Source of the DNA: a virus
DNA length: 64,000 nt
Reading direction: 5' to 3' (one strand)
IMG/VR virus record: IMGVR_UViG_3300044856_000216
Location: 127,916-191,915 of that record
A program made the position numbers and the translations under genes. The notes under the pieces were generated by a model. It was not told where the DNA came from, made no database searches, and saw only the letters and a program-made list of their open reading frames with translations. Shown here piece by piece: positions 53,434 through 63,300 of this stretch. How positions within the stretch are numbered: position 1 is the first letter of the stretch; each line of letters begins with the position of its first letter.

Positions 53434-54978
53434 ATGGCAAACAATATTTTAAATACAAGAATCGTTCTTTGTAATGACACGAGTGTTGCATGGGCATCGT
53501 CAGAAAAGGTATTACTTAAAGGAGAAATGGCAATCGAGCTTTCTGATTCTAGCACACCAAAAATTAAAATTGGTGATGGTACAAACAAATTTTCAGCTTT
53601 ACCATATGCTATTTTAACACCGGAAGAGGTTGCAAGCAAAATCAAATCTGCTGTTGATACAGCTAGTCATACACATAGCAATAAATCTATTTTGGATGCT
53701 ATTACTGCTTCTTTTACAACAGAATTAAAAGCAAACTATGACGCAGCTTATAAGCATTCTACATCTGCACATGCGCCAAGTAATGCACAAGCAAACGTAA
53801 TTGAGGGTGTTTCTGTGAATGGTACTAAACTTACACCGAATTCTAAGGTTGTCGATGTAACTGTACCAACAAAGGTAAGTCAGCTCCAAAATGATACTGG
53901 CTTTATCACATCATATAAAGATACAAAATATACATTAGGTGCTCCATCTGGTGCTGTAAATGGAAATGCAACTATTGATATTACGGATAGCGATAAGAAT
54001 AAACAGTCACTTAAGATCAGTGGTGCAGGTGCAACTAAAGTAACAACAGATTCAAGTGGCAATATTGTTATCACATCAACAGACAATAACACTGTATATT
54101 CTCACCCAACTTCTGGTGTAACAGCTGGTACATATAAGTCTGTAACAGTTGATAATAAGGGACATGTAACAGCTGGTACAAATCCTACAACTCTTTCTGG
54201 ATACGGAATTACTGATACTTATACAGGCGCACAGATTGATTCAAAAATTTCTAGTGCTGTAGCAAATGCAGACCATTTAAAGAGAACTATTGTAAATACA
54301 CTTCCAAGTGTTGATGCTGCTGATGAACATACAATTTATATGGTACCGAAAGCTTCTGGTGCTGTAGGTTCTGGTGCTAATAATGGTTACGATGAGTATA
54401 TGCTTATTGTAAGCGGAAGTACAAAGAAATTTGAGAAAATCGGTGATTCTGCTGTTGATCTTACTAACTATGCGACAAAAGCTTATGCAGACCAATCCGA
54501 AGCAGATGCTTTATCTGCCGCTAAAACTTACGCAAATGGACTTGCCAAAAATTATGCTACAGCAGCACAGGGCGTAAAAGCCGACTCAGCAGTTCAAAGT
54601 GTAAAGATTGGTACGAAAGAGTATAAGTCTGGCACTACTGTCACTCTCCCATCTTATCCTACAACACTTCCTGCAAGTGATGTTTATGCTTGGGCAAAAG
54701 CAAGTACAAAACCTACATATACAAAGTCTGAAGTAGGTCTTGGAAACGTAGATAATACAGCTGATGCAAATAAATCTGTTAAATATGCTACAAGTGCAGG
54801 TTCAGCAAACTCTGCGACAACTGCAACGACTGCAAGCAAATTAGGTACAAATGCAGGTTCTACAACACATCCTGTATATTTTGCGAACGGTGTTCCAGTT
54901 GAGGCAAATGTATCCTCTGACTTCTTAGTTCAGGGTTCTAACACAATTGTTTTTGATTGTGGAAATGCATCAGCATAA
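53434..54978 (+). CDS. tail fibre protein
   Basis: N-terminal VLLKGEMAIELSDSSTPKIKIGDGTNKFSALPYA. SHTHSNKSILD. The repeat GTYKSVTVDNKGHVTAGTN is typical of fibre repeats. Confidence 0.7.
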   Translation: MANNILNTRIVLCNDTSVAWASSEKVLLKGEMAIELSDSSTPKIKIGDGTNKFSALPYAILTPEEVASKIKSAVDTASHTHSNKSILDAITASFTTELKANYDAAYKHSTSAHAPSNAQANVIEGVSVNGTKLTPNSKVVDVTVPTKVSQLQNDTGFITSYKDTKYTLGAPSGAVNGNATIDITDSDKNKQSLKISGAGATKVTTDSSGNIVITSTDNNTVYSHPTSGVTAGTYKSVTVDNKGHVTAGTNPTTLSGYGITDTYTGAQIDSKISSAVANADHLKRTIVNTLPSVDAADEHTIYMVPKASGAVGSGANNGYDEYMLIVSGSTKKFEKIGDSAVDLTNYATKAYADQSEADALSAAKTYANGLAKNYATAAQGVKADSAVQSVKIGTKEYKSGTTVTLPSYPTTLPASDVYAWAKASTKPTYTKSEVGLGNVDNTADANKSVKYATSAGSANSATTATTASKLGTNAGSTTHPVYFANGVPVEANVSSDFLVQGSNTIVFDCGNASA

Positions 54979-54998
54979 TAAAATATAGATTTAAATAA

Positions 54999-55027
54999 AT
55001 GGATACCTCTATGTGTATCCATTTTTC
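54999..55027 (+). terminator. rho-independent terminator
   Basis: ATGGATAC / GTATCCAT stem followed by TTTTT. An alternative hairpin ACCTCTATG / CATAGAGGT (55005-55040) overlaps it. Confidence 0.6.
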
Positions 55028-55087
55028 TATGCATAGAGGTATATCAATACCTTCATATATTTATAAATTAAGGAGGTTGAAAATGTA

Positions 55088-55999
55088 ATGGCAGAAAATA
55101 CCATTAATGTAAAAGTAAAACAAAGAACTGATACGGAAAGTAACTGGGCTTCTAAAAATCCTGTTCTTCTCAAGGGTGAAATGGCTATAAGCTCAGATAA
55201 GAATAATAAATATAAAATTGGTGATGGTACAAGTGTATGGAGTGCTCTCAGTTATGCCAAGGCAGACTTATCTAAATCTGATGTAACTACAGCCCTTGGT
55301 TATACACCACCTACAACCAATACTACTTATAATGATGTAACTCAGTCTGCTCACGGACTGATGACAGCAGCTGACAAGAAGAAACTTGACGGGATTGCTT
55401 CTGGGGCAACAAAAGTAACAGTAGATTCTACATTAAGTTCTACTTCTACAAACCCAGTACAAAACAAAGTTATAAATTCTGCTTTAACAGAGAAATCAAA
55501 CAAAAATCATACACATGATTTATCTACGATGATCAATACATTATCAACTGGTACTGCTACTCCAATTGATGATGATTATTATATTTCTCAATATTCTGGT
55601 GGTGGAACTACAACTACTACTTATCATCGAAGACCAGTAAAAGCATTGTTTGAGTACATAAAAGGAAAACTTTCTAAAGTTGCAGTAAGTGGTTCTTACA
55701 ATGATCTTTCGAATAAACCTGCCATCCCGACAGTTGGAAATGGTACTGTTACGATCAAACAGGCTGGCACAAGTAAGGGTACATTTTCTATGAATCAGTC
55801 TGGAAATACCACAATTGAATTGACAGATAACAACTCATGGCGTGGAGTACAAAATAATCTTACCTCAACTGCAACCGATCAGTCATTATCAGCTTACCAA
55901 GGAAAAGTATTAAAAGATTTAGTAGATAAAAAGACAACTTTTACTTATTCATCAACACAGCCAACTTCGCCTGCTAGTAATGCTGTTTGGATAGGTTAA
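55088..55999 (+). CDS. tail fibre protein (paralogue of 53434-54978)
   Basis: Has the same N-terminal motif, VLLKGEMAISSDKNNKYKIGDGTSVWSALSYA. Also NKNHTHDL. The C-terminus ends PTSPASNAVWIG. Confidence 0.7.
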   Translation: MAENTINVKVKQRTDTESNWASKNPVLLKGEMAISSDKNNKYKIGDGTSVWSALSYAKADLSKSDVTTALGYTPPTTNTTYNDVTQSAHGLMTAADKKKLDGIASGATKVTVDSTLSSTSTNPVQNKVINSALTEKSNKNHTHDLSTMINTLSTGTATPIDDDYYISQYSGGGTTTTTYHRRPVKALFEYIKGKLSKVAVSGSYNDLSNKPAIPTVGNGTVTIKQAGTSKGTFSMNQSGNTTIELTDNNSWRGVQNNLTSTATDQSLSAYQGKVLKDLVDKKTTFTYSSTQPTSPASNAVWIG

Positions 56000-56016
56000 T
56001 TTGAAAGGAGAAAATT

Positions 56017-57036
56017 ATGGCAAAGCCTGCTATCAGTAAAATTATACCGTTTGATGCTACGGCTGGTTACGTTTTCTCCTTTTCTTATATAGGAAATCAA
56101 CCATATAAGAATAGAATTGTAATCAGGAATGCATTAACTAATGATGTTATAAAAGATGAAACGATCTCAGAAATGAGATTTAGACATCCGATTAGTGGGA
56201 ATATATTAACTAATGGGACATCATATACAATACAAATATCTGTTTTTGATGAGAATAATAATGAATCAAGTCTATCTGACAAAATATTATTTACTTGTTA
56301 TTCTACCCCTACTTTTAATTTTAGCGGATTAAATAATGGAACAAATTATGTAAAGTCATCATCATATAATGCTACAATTAATTATTCTCAGAATGAAAAT
56401 AGGAAATTACAATCATACATTTTTTATTTGTATGATGCCACATATAATGAATTATCTAATAGTGGGACTATATATAATCAAACTCCTACTTATATATATA
56501 ATAGTTTAGATAATGAGCAAATTTATTATTTAAGATGTGTTGGTATTACTGTAGATTCGGTAGAAATAGATACTGGTTTTGTAAAAATATATACTCAGTA
56601 TAATTCTTCTAATTTTTCAGGCATTTTCAAGGTGAAAAATAATTATAAAGGTGGATATGTACAATGCGCCTCTAATATTGTTTCAATTGATGGTGTCGCT
56701 ACAGATTCATATACAATATCGAATGGTGTGTTACAGTTTAATAATTCAAATACCTTTGTAGAATACAATGAGGGACTACTTATAGAATCAGGTCATAAAG
56801 TTGGAATTAAAGCCAAAAACTTTAAAACTGGACTTATTTGGTCTGAAACAAATAAAGTAGATAAAATTTTATTGTACCACTATATATATGAAGGTTTGGA
56901 TTATTTTAAATTGGATGTTTCCAACGGATTAAGTCATTATATTTTATATAGCCCAAGACAAAAATTAACTGCAAATCAATTTTATACAATTTACATTACA
57001 AGACAAGACAGCTTATTTAAAATAACAATACAGTAG
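56017..57036 (+). CDS. baseplate / distal-tail candidate
   Basis: 339-aa beta-rich ORF with an AAGGAG SD. Confidence 0.4.
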   Translation: MAKPAISKIIPFDATAGYVFSFSYIGNQPYKNRIVIRNALTNDVIKDETISEMRFRHPISGNILTNGTSYTIQISVFDENNNESSLSDKILFTCYSTPTFNFSGLNNGTNYVKSSSYNATINYSQNENRKLQSYIFYLYDATYNELSNSGTIYNQTPTYIYNSLDNEQIYYLRCVGITVDSVEIDTGFVKIYTQYNSSNFSGIFKVKNNYKGGYVQCASNIVSIDGVATDSYTISNGVLQFNNSNTFVEYNEGLLIESGHKVGIKAKNFKTGLIWSETNKVDKILLYHYIYEGLDYFKLDVSNGLSHYILYSPRQKLTANQFYTIYITRQDSLFKITIQ

Positions 57037-57053
57037 AAAGGAGGAGATGTGCA

Positions 57054-58082
57054 ATGATAATTTTAGGTTCAACTTTTTTAGGGGCAGACTATTCGTACTC
57101 TCCTACCCCTACTAATGTAGATGATATAAGACAAACAAAAATTGGTAATGCTGATTTTGATACGTTTGTAATTAGTACTGATAGTAATATGGAAGAATCA
57201 AAAGAAATTGATACCACATGGAATAATAATTCTATACTATCAGCTAATTATGAACATAGCTTATCAGCAGGAAATATTGAATATGTACTTAATAATACTT
57301 CTGACATTATCATTCAAAAACGTTTAAAAGGTGATTTTACGTGGACAACTATATATAGAAAAGCAATACAAAAAATTGAAGATTTTGATATTACTTATAT
57401 TGATAATATTGTTCAAAACAAAAAAACATATGAATATGCTTGTGTTAGTCTCTTAAATGGCGTAGAGAATGGACGAGATATAAAGGAAATCATGGTTTCA
57501 TTTGATGGTATTTTTATCTCAGATTTGACTCATAATTACGGAACTATATTAGATATAGGAAGTATTGACACGACACGAAATAATTATAAACTGACAAAGC
57601 AGGAAATTCCTATGTATAGATACCCATTTGCTCATACATTTGGCAATCTAAATTATGATTCTGGCGAAGTAAGTGGATATTTTGTACCTATGAATGATAA
57701 TTGTGATTTTGAACTTGAAAAGTCTTTTGATTATCAAAAAAATATTATGGATTGGCTTACAAATGGTATGCCTAAAATATTAAAATCATTTGATGGGCGT
57801 ATGTGGATGATTAATGTTGACGGAAGCCCAACAGATTCAATGGACGGACATTGGCAGCATAGAATTATTGATTTTCAGTGGTATGAATCAGGCGATTATA
57901 CTAACGAAGAAGATTTATATGAATCAGGACTTAGTAATGTTTCTTCTGAATTTTGGGGCAAAAATGGTAATTATGCTCAAATTCCTTCTGATGAGAAATA
58001 TAGTAATTATGATAAAGATATCATCATTGATGATAATGAACCATTCATGCCAAAGAATAATCTTGTATGGATTGAATATTAA
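57054..58082 (+). CDS. baseplate-module protein
   Basis: 342-aa ORF with an AGGAGG SD. The C-terminus ends NNLVWIEY. Confidence 0.4.
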   Translation: MIILGSTFLGADYSYSPTPTNVDDIRQTKIGNADFDTFVISTDSNMEESKEIDTTWNNNSILSANYEHSLSAGNIEYVLNNTSDIIIQKRLKGDFTWTTIYRKAIQKIEDFDITYIDNIVQNKKTYEYACVSLLNGVENGRDIKEIMVSFDGIFISDLTHNYGTILDIGSIDTTRNNYKLTKQEIPMYRYPFAHTFGNLNYDSGEVSGYFVPMNDNCDFELEKSFDYQKNIMDWLTNGMPKILKSFDGRMWMINVDGSPTDSMDGHWQHRIIDFQWYESGDYTNEEDLYESGLSNVSSEFWGKNGNYAQIPSDEKYSNYDKDIIIDDNEPFMPKNNLVWIEY

Positions 58083-58100
58083 AGAAAGTGAGGATTTTGT

Positions 58101-59750
58101 ATGTCAAATATAAGTACATTAGATAAGAAACTTGCTTTTTCAAAATGGGTAGAATATTTATACAAGATTTTAGTATTTGATAACAATAATTGTATTGTGG
58201 ACGAAATAAAATTCACAATAGATTATGGCTCAGTTTCAATAGACTCAAGTTCAAATACAAGGCGTACATATTCTTTTACTATGTTCCCAATAGGCGATAA
58301 AATGACACCTTCTGAACGAGCAAGAATGTGGATGAACAAAAAGATCATGCTTCAAATTGGACTTAAGACTCCACGAATGTCGGAATATAAATGGTATAAT
58401 GAAGGCTGTTTTATTGTAACTGATACTAATTCTTCTATTTCTGTGGATAGTAATAGTTTAACTATTAATTGTGGTGATTTGTGGAACAGATTAGATGGCA
58501 CACAAAACGGACAGTTAAGTGCGTTGACTACTACTATTCCAGCTTATGAAGAAACTGATGATGGTACTCCATTAGTATATAATACAATCAGAGACTCATT
58601 AGTATCTACGATAACACAATTAGGCGGTATAAAAGATTATATTGTTGATGATATTGGAGAATCTAAAGGATTAGAAGAATTTAATAAAGATTATATGTCT
58701 TATAGAGCTTCACACCCTTATTGGAATTGTGTGCCATATGATCTTGAATTTTCTGTTGGAGACAATGTATCAAGTATGATAACAGATATAACAGAATTAT
58801 ATCCAAATTTTGATTCAGCTTTTGATGAGAATGGTATTTTTATAACCAGATTAACTCCTTCTTGCAAAGAAGACAATATTATTATAACTAATGATGATAT
58901 TAAAAATTGTCTAGTTTCTGAATCAATCTCAACCGACTATTCTAATGTACGAAATGTTGTACACGTGTGGGGTGAGACATTTGATGTAGATTTCTATTCA
59001 GAAGATGTTACTAATTCAGATTCTACCTATACCGTCAATATGAAAGCATATCACAAAGATTATTCTAATGGAGATTTAATCGCTATTAAAATTCCAAGTA
59101 CAAATTCTTCAACACAATATATCAATGTAAATAATTTAGGAGCTATTCAGATTTATGATGAGAACACTGACAAACCTTTAGCTGAAAATTATTTACCTAC
59201 TGGAAAAGTATATGTTTTTAAATTTAGAAAAACATACCAAAATAAAACATGGATAAAGCGTTTTTATGCACAAGGCGCATGGCAAGCTCACGCCCTCTCG
59301 GCTTTAGTAGATGGTTCTGTGAGTTCTGAACAATATACTTGTGCAGATGGTACAGTTACAACTAAATATACACAAAAATATTTTCAAGATAAATACAATG
59401 TTGATACTGTATCATTAAAAATAATAAAAGATTCTCCTTTTACTGTACAGAGACTTGGCGAAGAACGTTTAGATGTAAAATCAGGTGATGTATATGAAAA
59501 CATTTCATCTGATAGTCTTGCTCTTGAAAGAGCTGAGTATGAATTATTTGTTGACGCAAGATTAACTGATAATATAAGTATTGAAATTGGACGACTTATA
59601 CCCTGGTTGAAAGAATATATGAAAGTATCTTACGCTAAAATAGGAGAATCAGAAATAAAACAATATATTACGGATAAAATAACATTAAATTTAACAGATG
59701 GAACAACATCGATCACAATGCATACATTTTATCCATTATATGAAGAATAA
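58101..59750 (+). CDS. baseplate / tail-associated structural protein (549 aa)
   Basis: Large ORF with an SD. Assigned by position only. Confidence 0.4.
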   Translation: MSNISTLDKKLAFSKWVEYLYKILVFDNNNCIVDEIKFTIDYGSVSIDSSSNTRRTYSFTMFPIGDKMTPSERARMWMNKKIMLQIGLKTPRMSEYKWYNEGCFIVTDTNSSISVDSNSLTINCGDLWNRLDGTQNGQLSALTTTIPAYEETDDGTPLVYNTIRDSLVSTITQLGGIKDYIVDDIGESKGLEEFNKDYMSYRASHPYWNCVPYDLEFSVGDNVSSMITDITELYPNFDSAFDENGIFITRLTPSCKEDNIIITNDDIKNCLVSESISTDYSNVRNVVHVWGETFDVDFYSEDVTNSDSTYTVNMKAYHKDYSNGDLIAIKIPSTNSSTQYINVNNLGAIQIYDENTDKPLAENYLPTGKVYVFKFRKTYQNKTWIKRFYAQGAWQAHALSALVDGSVSSEQYTCADGTVTTKYTQKYFQDKYNVDTVSLKIIKDSPFTVQRLGEERLDVKSGDVYENISSDSLALERAEYELFVDARLTDNISIEIGRLIPWLKEYMKVSYAKIGESEIKQYITDKITLNLTDGTTSITMHTFYPLYEE

Positions 59751-59761
59751 AGGAGAAACGT

Positions 59762-60088
59762 ATGGCAGATTATACACATGAGTATTCTAATTTTCCATCT
59801 GCTGTAATGGATAAGAAGACTTACAGAAATGTGACTAATTCAGATGCAGTATTGATTGAAAAAATAAAAGAATACCAAAAGAATAAAGACTATATTTCTG
59901 CTGCAAAATTAATTAATGCAAATCCTAATATAAAGCAATGTATACCTGATTGCTCGGATTTTAATGCACTAAATGAAGAAATAAGAAACGCAGAAATATA
60001 TGCAAAAACAATTAAACAGTCTGTATTTTATATGGAAGATCAACCTTCTACTCCTAATAACTCAGATGTTTGGATAGGGGGTATGTGA
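59762..60088 (+). CDS. small tail-module protein
   Basis: 108 aa with an AAGGAG SD. The C-terminus ends QPSTPNNSDVWIGGM. Confidence 0.45.
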   Translation: MADYTHEYSNFPSAVMDKKTYRNVTNSDAVLIEKIKEYQKNKDYISAAKLINANPNIKQCIPDCSDFNALNEEIRNAEIYAKTIKQSVFYMEDQPSTPNNSDVWIGGM

Positions 60089-60089
60089 A

Positions 60090-60404
60090 ATGGCTTATAA
60101 AGTAGAATCAGTTTTTCCAGATAGTATAGACGATTTACCATTCATATCAGATGTAGATATATCAAATAAAGATATTATGATTAATATTCAGAATTATATT
60201 GATCAAGGTGATTATGATAATGCATCGAAATTATGTAATACAAGTAACATTACTACAATTAATTCTGATTATTTTAATATGGTTCAGAATAGAATTTATT
60301 CGTTACAAGAATATCTAAGTACTTTAGAAAAATGCGACAGAATAAATTCTAGCACAGAAGAACCTTCTTCCCCTACAGATGGTATGGCATGGATAGATGA
60401 TTAA
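60090..60404 (+). CDS. small tail-module protein (paralogue-like of 59762-60088)
   Basis: 104 aa. The C-terminus ends EPSSPTDGMAWIDD. Confidence 0.45.
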   Translation: MAYKVESVFPDSIDDLPFISDVDISNKDIMINIQNYIDQGDYDNASKLCNTSNITTINSDYFNMVQNRIYSLQEYLSTLEKCDRINSSTEEPSSPTDGMAWIDD

Positions 60405-60424
60405 TTAAATATGAATACAGATTT

Positions 60425-60451
60425 AGAGACACTAAATGTGTCTCTTTTTTA
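60425..60451 (+). terminator. rho-independent terminator
   Basis: AGAGACAC / GTGTCTCT stem followed by TTTTTT. Same family as the terminator at 20617. Confidence 0.75.
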
Positions 60452-60470
60452 TTATAAAGGAGGAATTTAA

Positions 60471-61067
60471 ATGGCTGTTAGTGAAAAAAAAGTAACAGGA
60501 AAATTTTATAGAATTTGGAGTGCCGCCGATAAATTGTGGCATAGAATATCGTTTTGGACACACGCAAATGATGTTGAATTCAATGACGGAAAGACTGCTC
60601 AGACAAAAGTGGGCGCAATAAAAGGAATAACTACAAGTACAAATACGGCAGAGACTGGATATGCTGCTGATGCTACTACTGTAACTACATTAAACCAGAG
60701 TGTAACTACATTAAACCAGAGTGTAACTGAATTAAACCAGAGTTTAGGTAATCTAAAAACAGATCTTAATCTTAATGGATTAAGTAGTATAAAAATCGAT
60801 GCTGGTACTGTAGTAAAAGAAGTGAAATCGGGTAATAATTCATTTGTATTATTCAACTTCCAACAAGTAGCAGAGATATTTGGATTACAAACTCTCTCTG
60901 CTACTGATATTGTTATATTAGTATCTAATGGTGACGGAAAGGCTTTTCCTGCTCACATAGAAGGTGTAACATTCATGAATAATAGTTGGTATGTAGTTTT
61001 TAAAGATATGCTACAAGGGGATATGAATTGTAGAGTCCAATATATAATGTTTTATTGTAAACATTAA
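60471..61067 (+). CDS. tail-fibre-tip-like protein with an internal heptad tandem repeat
   Basis: 198 aa with an AAGGAGG SD. Contains TTLNQSV TTLNQSV TELNQSL. Confidence 0.5.
   Translation: MAVSEKKVTGKFYRIWSAADKLWHRISFWTHANDVEFNDGKTAQTKVGAIKGITTSTNTAETGYAADATTVTTLNQSVTTLNQSVTELNQSLGNLKTDLNLNGLSSIKIDAGTVVKEVKSGNNSFVLFNFQQVAEIFGLQTLSATDIVILVSNGDGKAFPAHIEGVTFMNNSWYVVFKDMLQGDMNCRVQYIMFYCKH
60681..60743 (+). repeat. 21-nt tandem repeat, 3 copies, in frame
   Basis: GTAACTACATTAAACCAGAGT occurs twice exactly. A third copy has 2 substitutions. Confidence 0.9.
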
Positions 61068-61134
61068 TTATGTAGTAACGTATTCACAACTCATAACAAT
61101 TGAATAGTTACCTGATAATGTAAAAGGTTCGACA

Positions 61135-61818
61135 ATGGATATTAAGCGAAAATATCTGTCTTCTGTGTTTAGTTATTTATATAAGCACAAAAAGATAGCT
61201 GATAATCCTATATCTATTGTTGAACCTGTAAAATATAAAAAATGTATCAAAGTTCCTCTCAAAGACGAGGAAATTGAGTTACTAAAAATAAATACTACAA
61301 ATTCAAGAGATTTAGCGATTATTCACTTCTTTCTTGATACTGGTGTTAGAGTTAGTGAATTATGTGGAATTAATTTGGAAGATGTAGATTTTAAAAACTA
61401 TACTTGTAAAGTATTAGGTAAGGGAAATAAAGAACGAACAGTGGCGTTTTCTGGTAAAACAGCAATGAGATTAAACGAATATTTAAAGCAACGAAAAGAT
61501 ATAAATATGAATGGTACATATTGTACATATGCGTCTAATACGCCATTGTTTGCTTCTAGGAAGGGATGTCCTACAAGATTATGTAAAACTGCAATAGAAA
61601 GTATGGTAAGAAAATTAGGCATAATTAGTGGAGTCACCAGAGTTCATCCACATTTATTTAGAGCAACTTTTGCAACCAGATTAGCAGAACGTGATACAGA
61701 TATAGGTGTGATTGCAAAATTATTAGGACATGCAGATTTGGAAAGTGTTAATAGATATGTTCTTATTGATCAAACAAAGATAGAGGCTACTATAAGACAA
61801 AAGGGATTCTGTTCGTAA
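61135..61818 (+). CDS. tyrosine recombinase, short form lacking most of the N-terminal core-binding domain (possibly 5'-truncated)
   Basis: Catalytic motifs DTGVRVSEL (Arg), HPHLFRATFAT (H-x-x-R) and LLGHADLESVNRY (His, Tyr). Only 227 aa. Weak SD. Only 67 nt separate it from the upstream gene. Confidence 0.65.
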   Translation: MDIKRKYLSSVFSYLYKHKKIADNPISIVEPVKYKKCIKVPLKDEEIELLKINTTNSRDLAIIHFFLDTGVRVSELCGINLEDVDFKNYTCKVLGKGNKERTVAFSGKTAMRLNEYLKQRKDINMNGTYCTYASNTPLFASRKGCPTRLCKTAIESMVRKLGIISGVTRVHPHLFRATFATRLAERDTDIGVIAKLLGHADLESVNRYVLIDQTKIEATIRQKGFCS

Positions 61819-61883
61819 AGGATATATTTGCCAAAGTTACAAAATGAATATAAATTATCTTTTCGTTGCGGAAAGGATTTATA

Positions 61884-62642
61884 ATGGATAAATTAAAATT
61901 TAATAAAAATGAAACTATTTCAATTGGAAAATTATCATATATCTCTAATGATATATATAAATTGGAAGTTGAAAACATTACTGAAGATATAGCTCTTTCA
62001 GGATTTTATCTTTTAAATGAAAATAATGATGAAATCATGGGAGATTATTCAAAATTTACAACAAAATATAAGTCTACCGATGAAGGTAACACATATTATA
62101 TATCAACAGGTGTTGTCTATACTGAACCAGAAAAAAAAGAACCAGAAAAAGAACCAGAAAAGGTATTGACCGAAGAAGAAATTGCTGAGCAAAAAAAACT
62201 TGTTTTAAAATTCACAAAAAATAATAAAATTTTTGAAATGTCTAATGCTTGTGAAGCTGTTATTGAGAATGGTGTGGAGGTTAACGGAAAACATTATTCA
62301 TACACTGTTCAGGATCAGAGTAATATGCTTAATGCAATGAATCTTGCAAAAGAAACTGGAATGGAAGTTCCTTATCATGCTGATGGTGAATCATGTGGTT
62401 TATATAATTATGATGCTATTTCTGCAATTTATATTCAAGAGACAATGAATTTAACAACTAATCAGACATATTTTAATCAGCTTAAGTTATATATTTTATC
62501 AATTTCTGATGTTGACAAAACTGATGATATAGCTGCAATTAAGTATGGTGATAAGTTAACTGGTGAATTTCTTGATAAATATAATGAGATAATGAGTCAG
62601 AGTAAAAAGATAGTTGAGAAAGTTGTAACATTAAATGCATAA
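61884..62642 (+). CDS. hypothetical protein with an EPEK repeat linker
   Basis: ATG at 61884 follows GAAAGGA. Contains TEPEKKEPEKEPEK. Confidence 0.5.
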   Translation: MDKLKFNKNETISIGKLSYISNDIYKLEVENITEDIALSGFYLLNENNDEIMGDYSKFTTKYKSTDEGNTYYISTGVVYTEPEKKEPEKEPEKVLTEEEIAEQKKLVLKFTKNNKIFEMSNACEAVIENGVEVNGKHYSYTVQDQSNMLNAMNLAKETGMEVPYHADGESCGLYNYDAISAIYIQETMNLTTNQTYFNQLKLYILSISDVDKTDDIAAIKYGDKLTGEFLDKYNEIMSQSKKIVEKVVTLNA

Positions 62643-62656
62643 TATGAGGTAGAATT

Positions 62657-63100
62657 ATGAAAAGAATTATAAAATATTCTACATTATTTATTGTATATGG
62701 TTTAATATATTTTATCATTGAATGTCTATATAAAGGTAAATTATCTGATTGGAGAATGTTTGTGTTGGCAGGGTTTATAGGGATAATAATTGGCTTGATT
62801 AATAATTTATTTGACATCAAAACCGATTTTATTCTTCAATGCATATTCGGTATGTTAATTGCAACATTGTCAGAAGCGATTGGTGGTTTTTATTGGAACT
62901 TACAATGTGGATTGCATATTTGGGACTACTCTTCTCTTCCATTTAGTTTTATCGGAGGTCAAATAAATTTATTTTTTAGTTTGATTTGGATGTTTTTATC
63001 AGGTATTGTTATAATTCTTGATGATATTCTCAGATGGAAATTGTATAAAGAAGAAAGACCTAAATATTATGTTCATGGTAAATTAATATTGAAAATATAA
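62657..63100 (+). CDS. polytopic membrane protein
   Basis: 147 aa with about four hydrophobic segments (LFIVYGLIYFIIE, FVLAGFIGIIIGL, and others). Confidence 0.55.
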   Translation: MKRIIKYSTLFIVYGLIYFIIECLYKGKLSDWRMFVLAGFIGIIIGLINNLFDIKTDFILQCIFGMLIATLSEAIGGFYWNLQCGLHIWDYSSLPFSFIGGQINLFFSLIWMFLSGIVIILDDILRWKLYKEERPKYYVHGKLILKI

Positions 63101-63105
63101 AATTT

Positions 63106-63143
63106 TAGGGTATGTAGATTAATTTCTATATACCCTATTTTTT
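63106..63143. terminator. bidirectional terminator between convergent genes
   Basis: TAGGGTAT / ATACCCTA stem flanked by AAAATT and TTTTTT. Confidence 0.65.
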
Positions 63144-63300
63144 ACGATTTTTCCTCTTCTATTATTTGATATTCAGATTCATTAATGATAACTTTGTATC
63201 CATCTAATATTCTTTGAATCTGTTCTTGAGAAGCGATACTATGCAGGCAATTCCAAAAATGTCTCTCATGTTGTCGGATATTATTGATTAAGTATATCAT
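63142..63300 (-). CDS. 52-aa ORF translationally coupled to the integrase
   Basis: ATGA overlap with the integrase stop codon. Below the ORF-track length cut-off. Function unknown. Confidence 0.35.
   Translation of the reverse strand: MIYLINNIRQHERHFWNCLHSIASQEQIQRILDGYKVIINESEYQIIEEEKS

Noticed and set aside
51593-55999. A diversity-generating retroelement acting on the fibre genes.
   Set aside because: No reverse transcriptase gene and no template/variable repeat pair are visible anywhere in the window.
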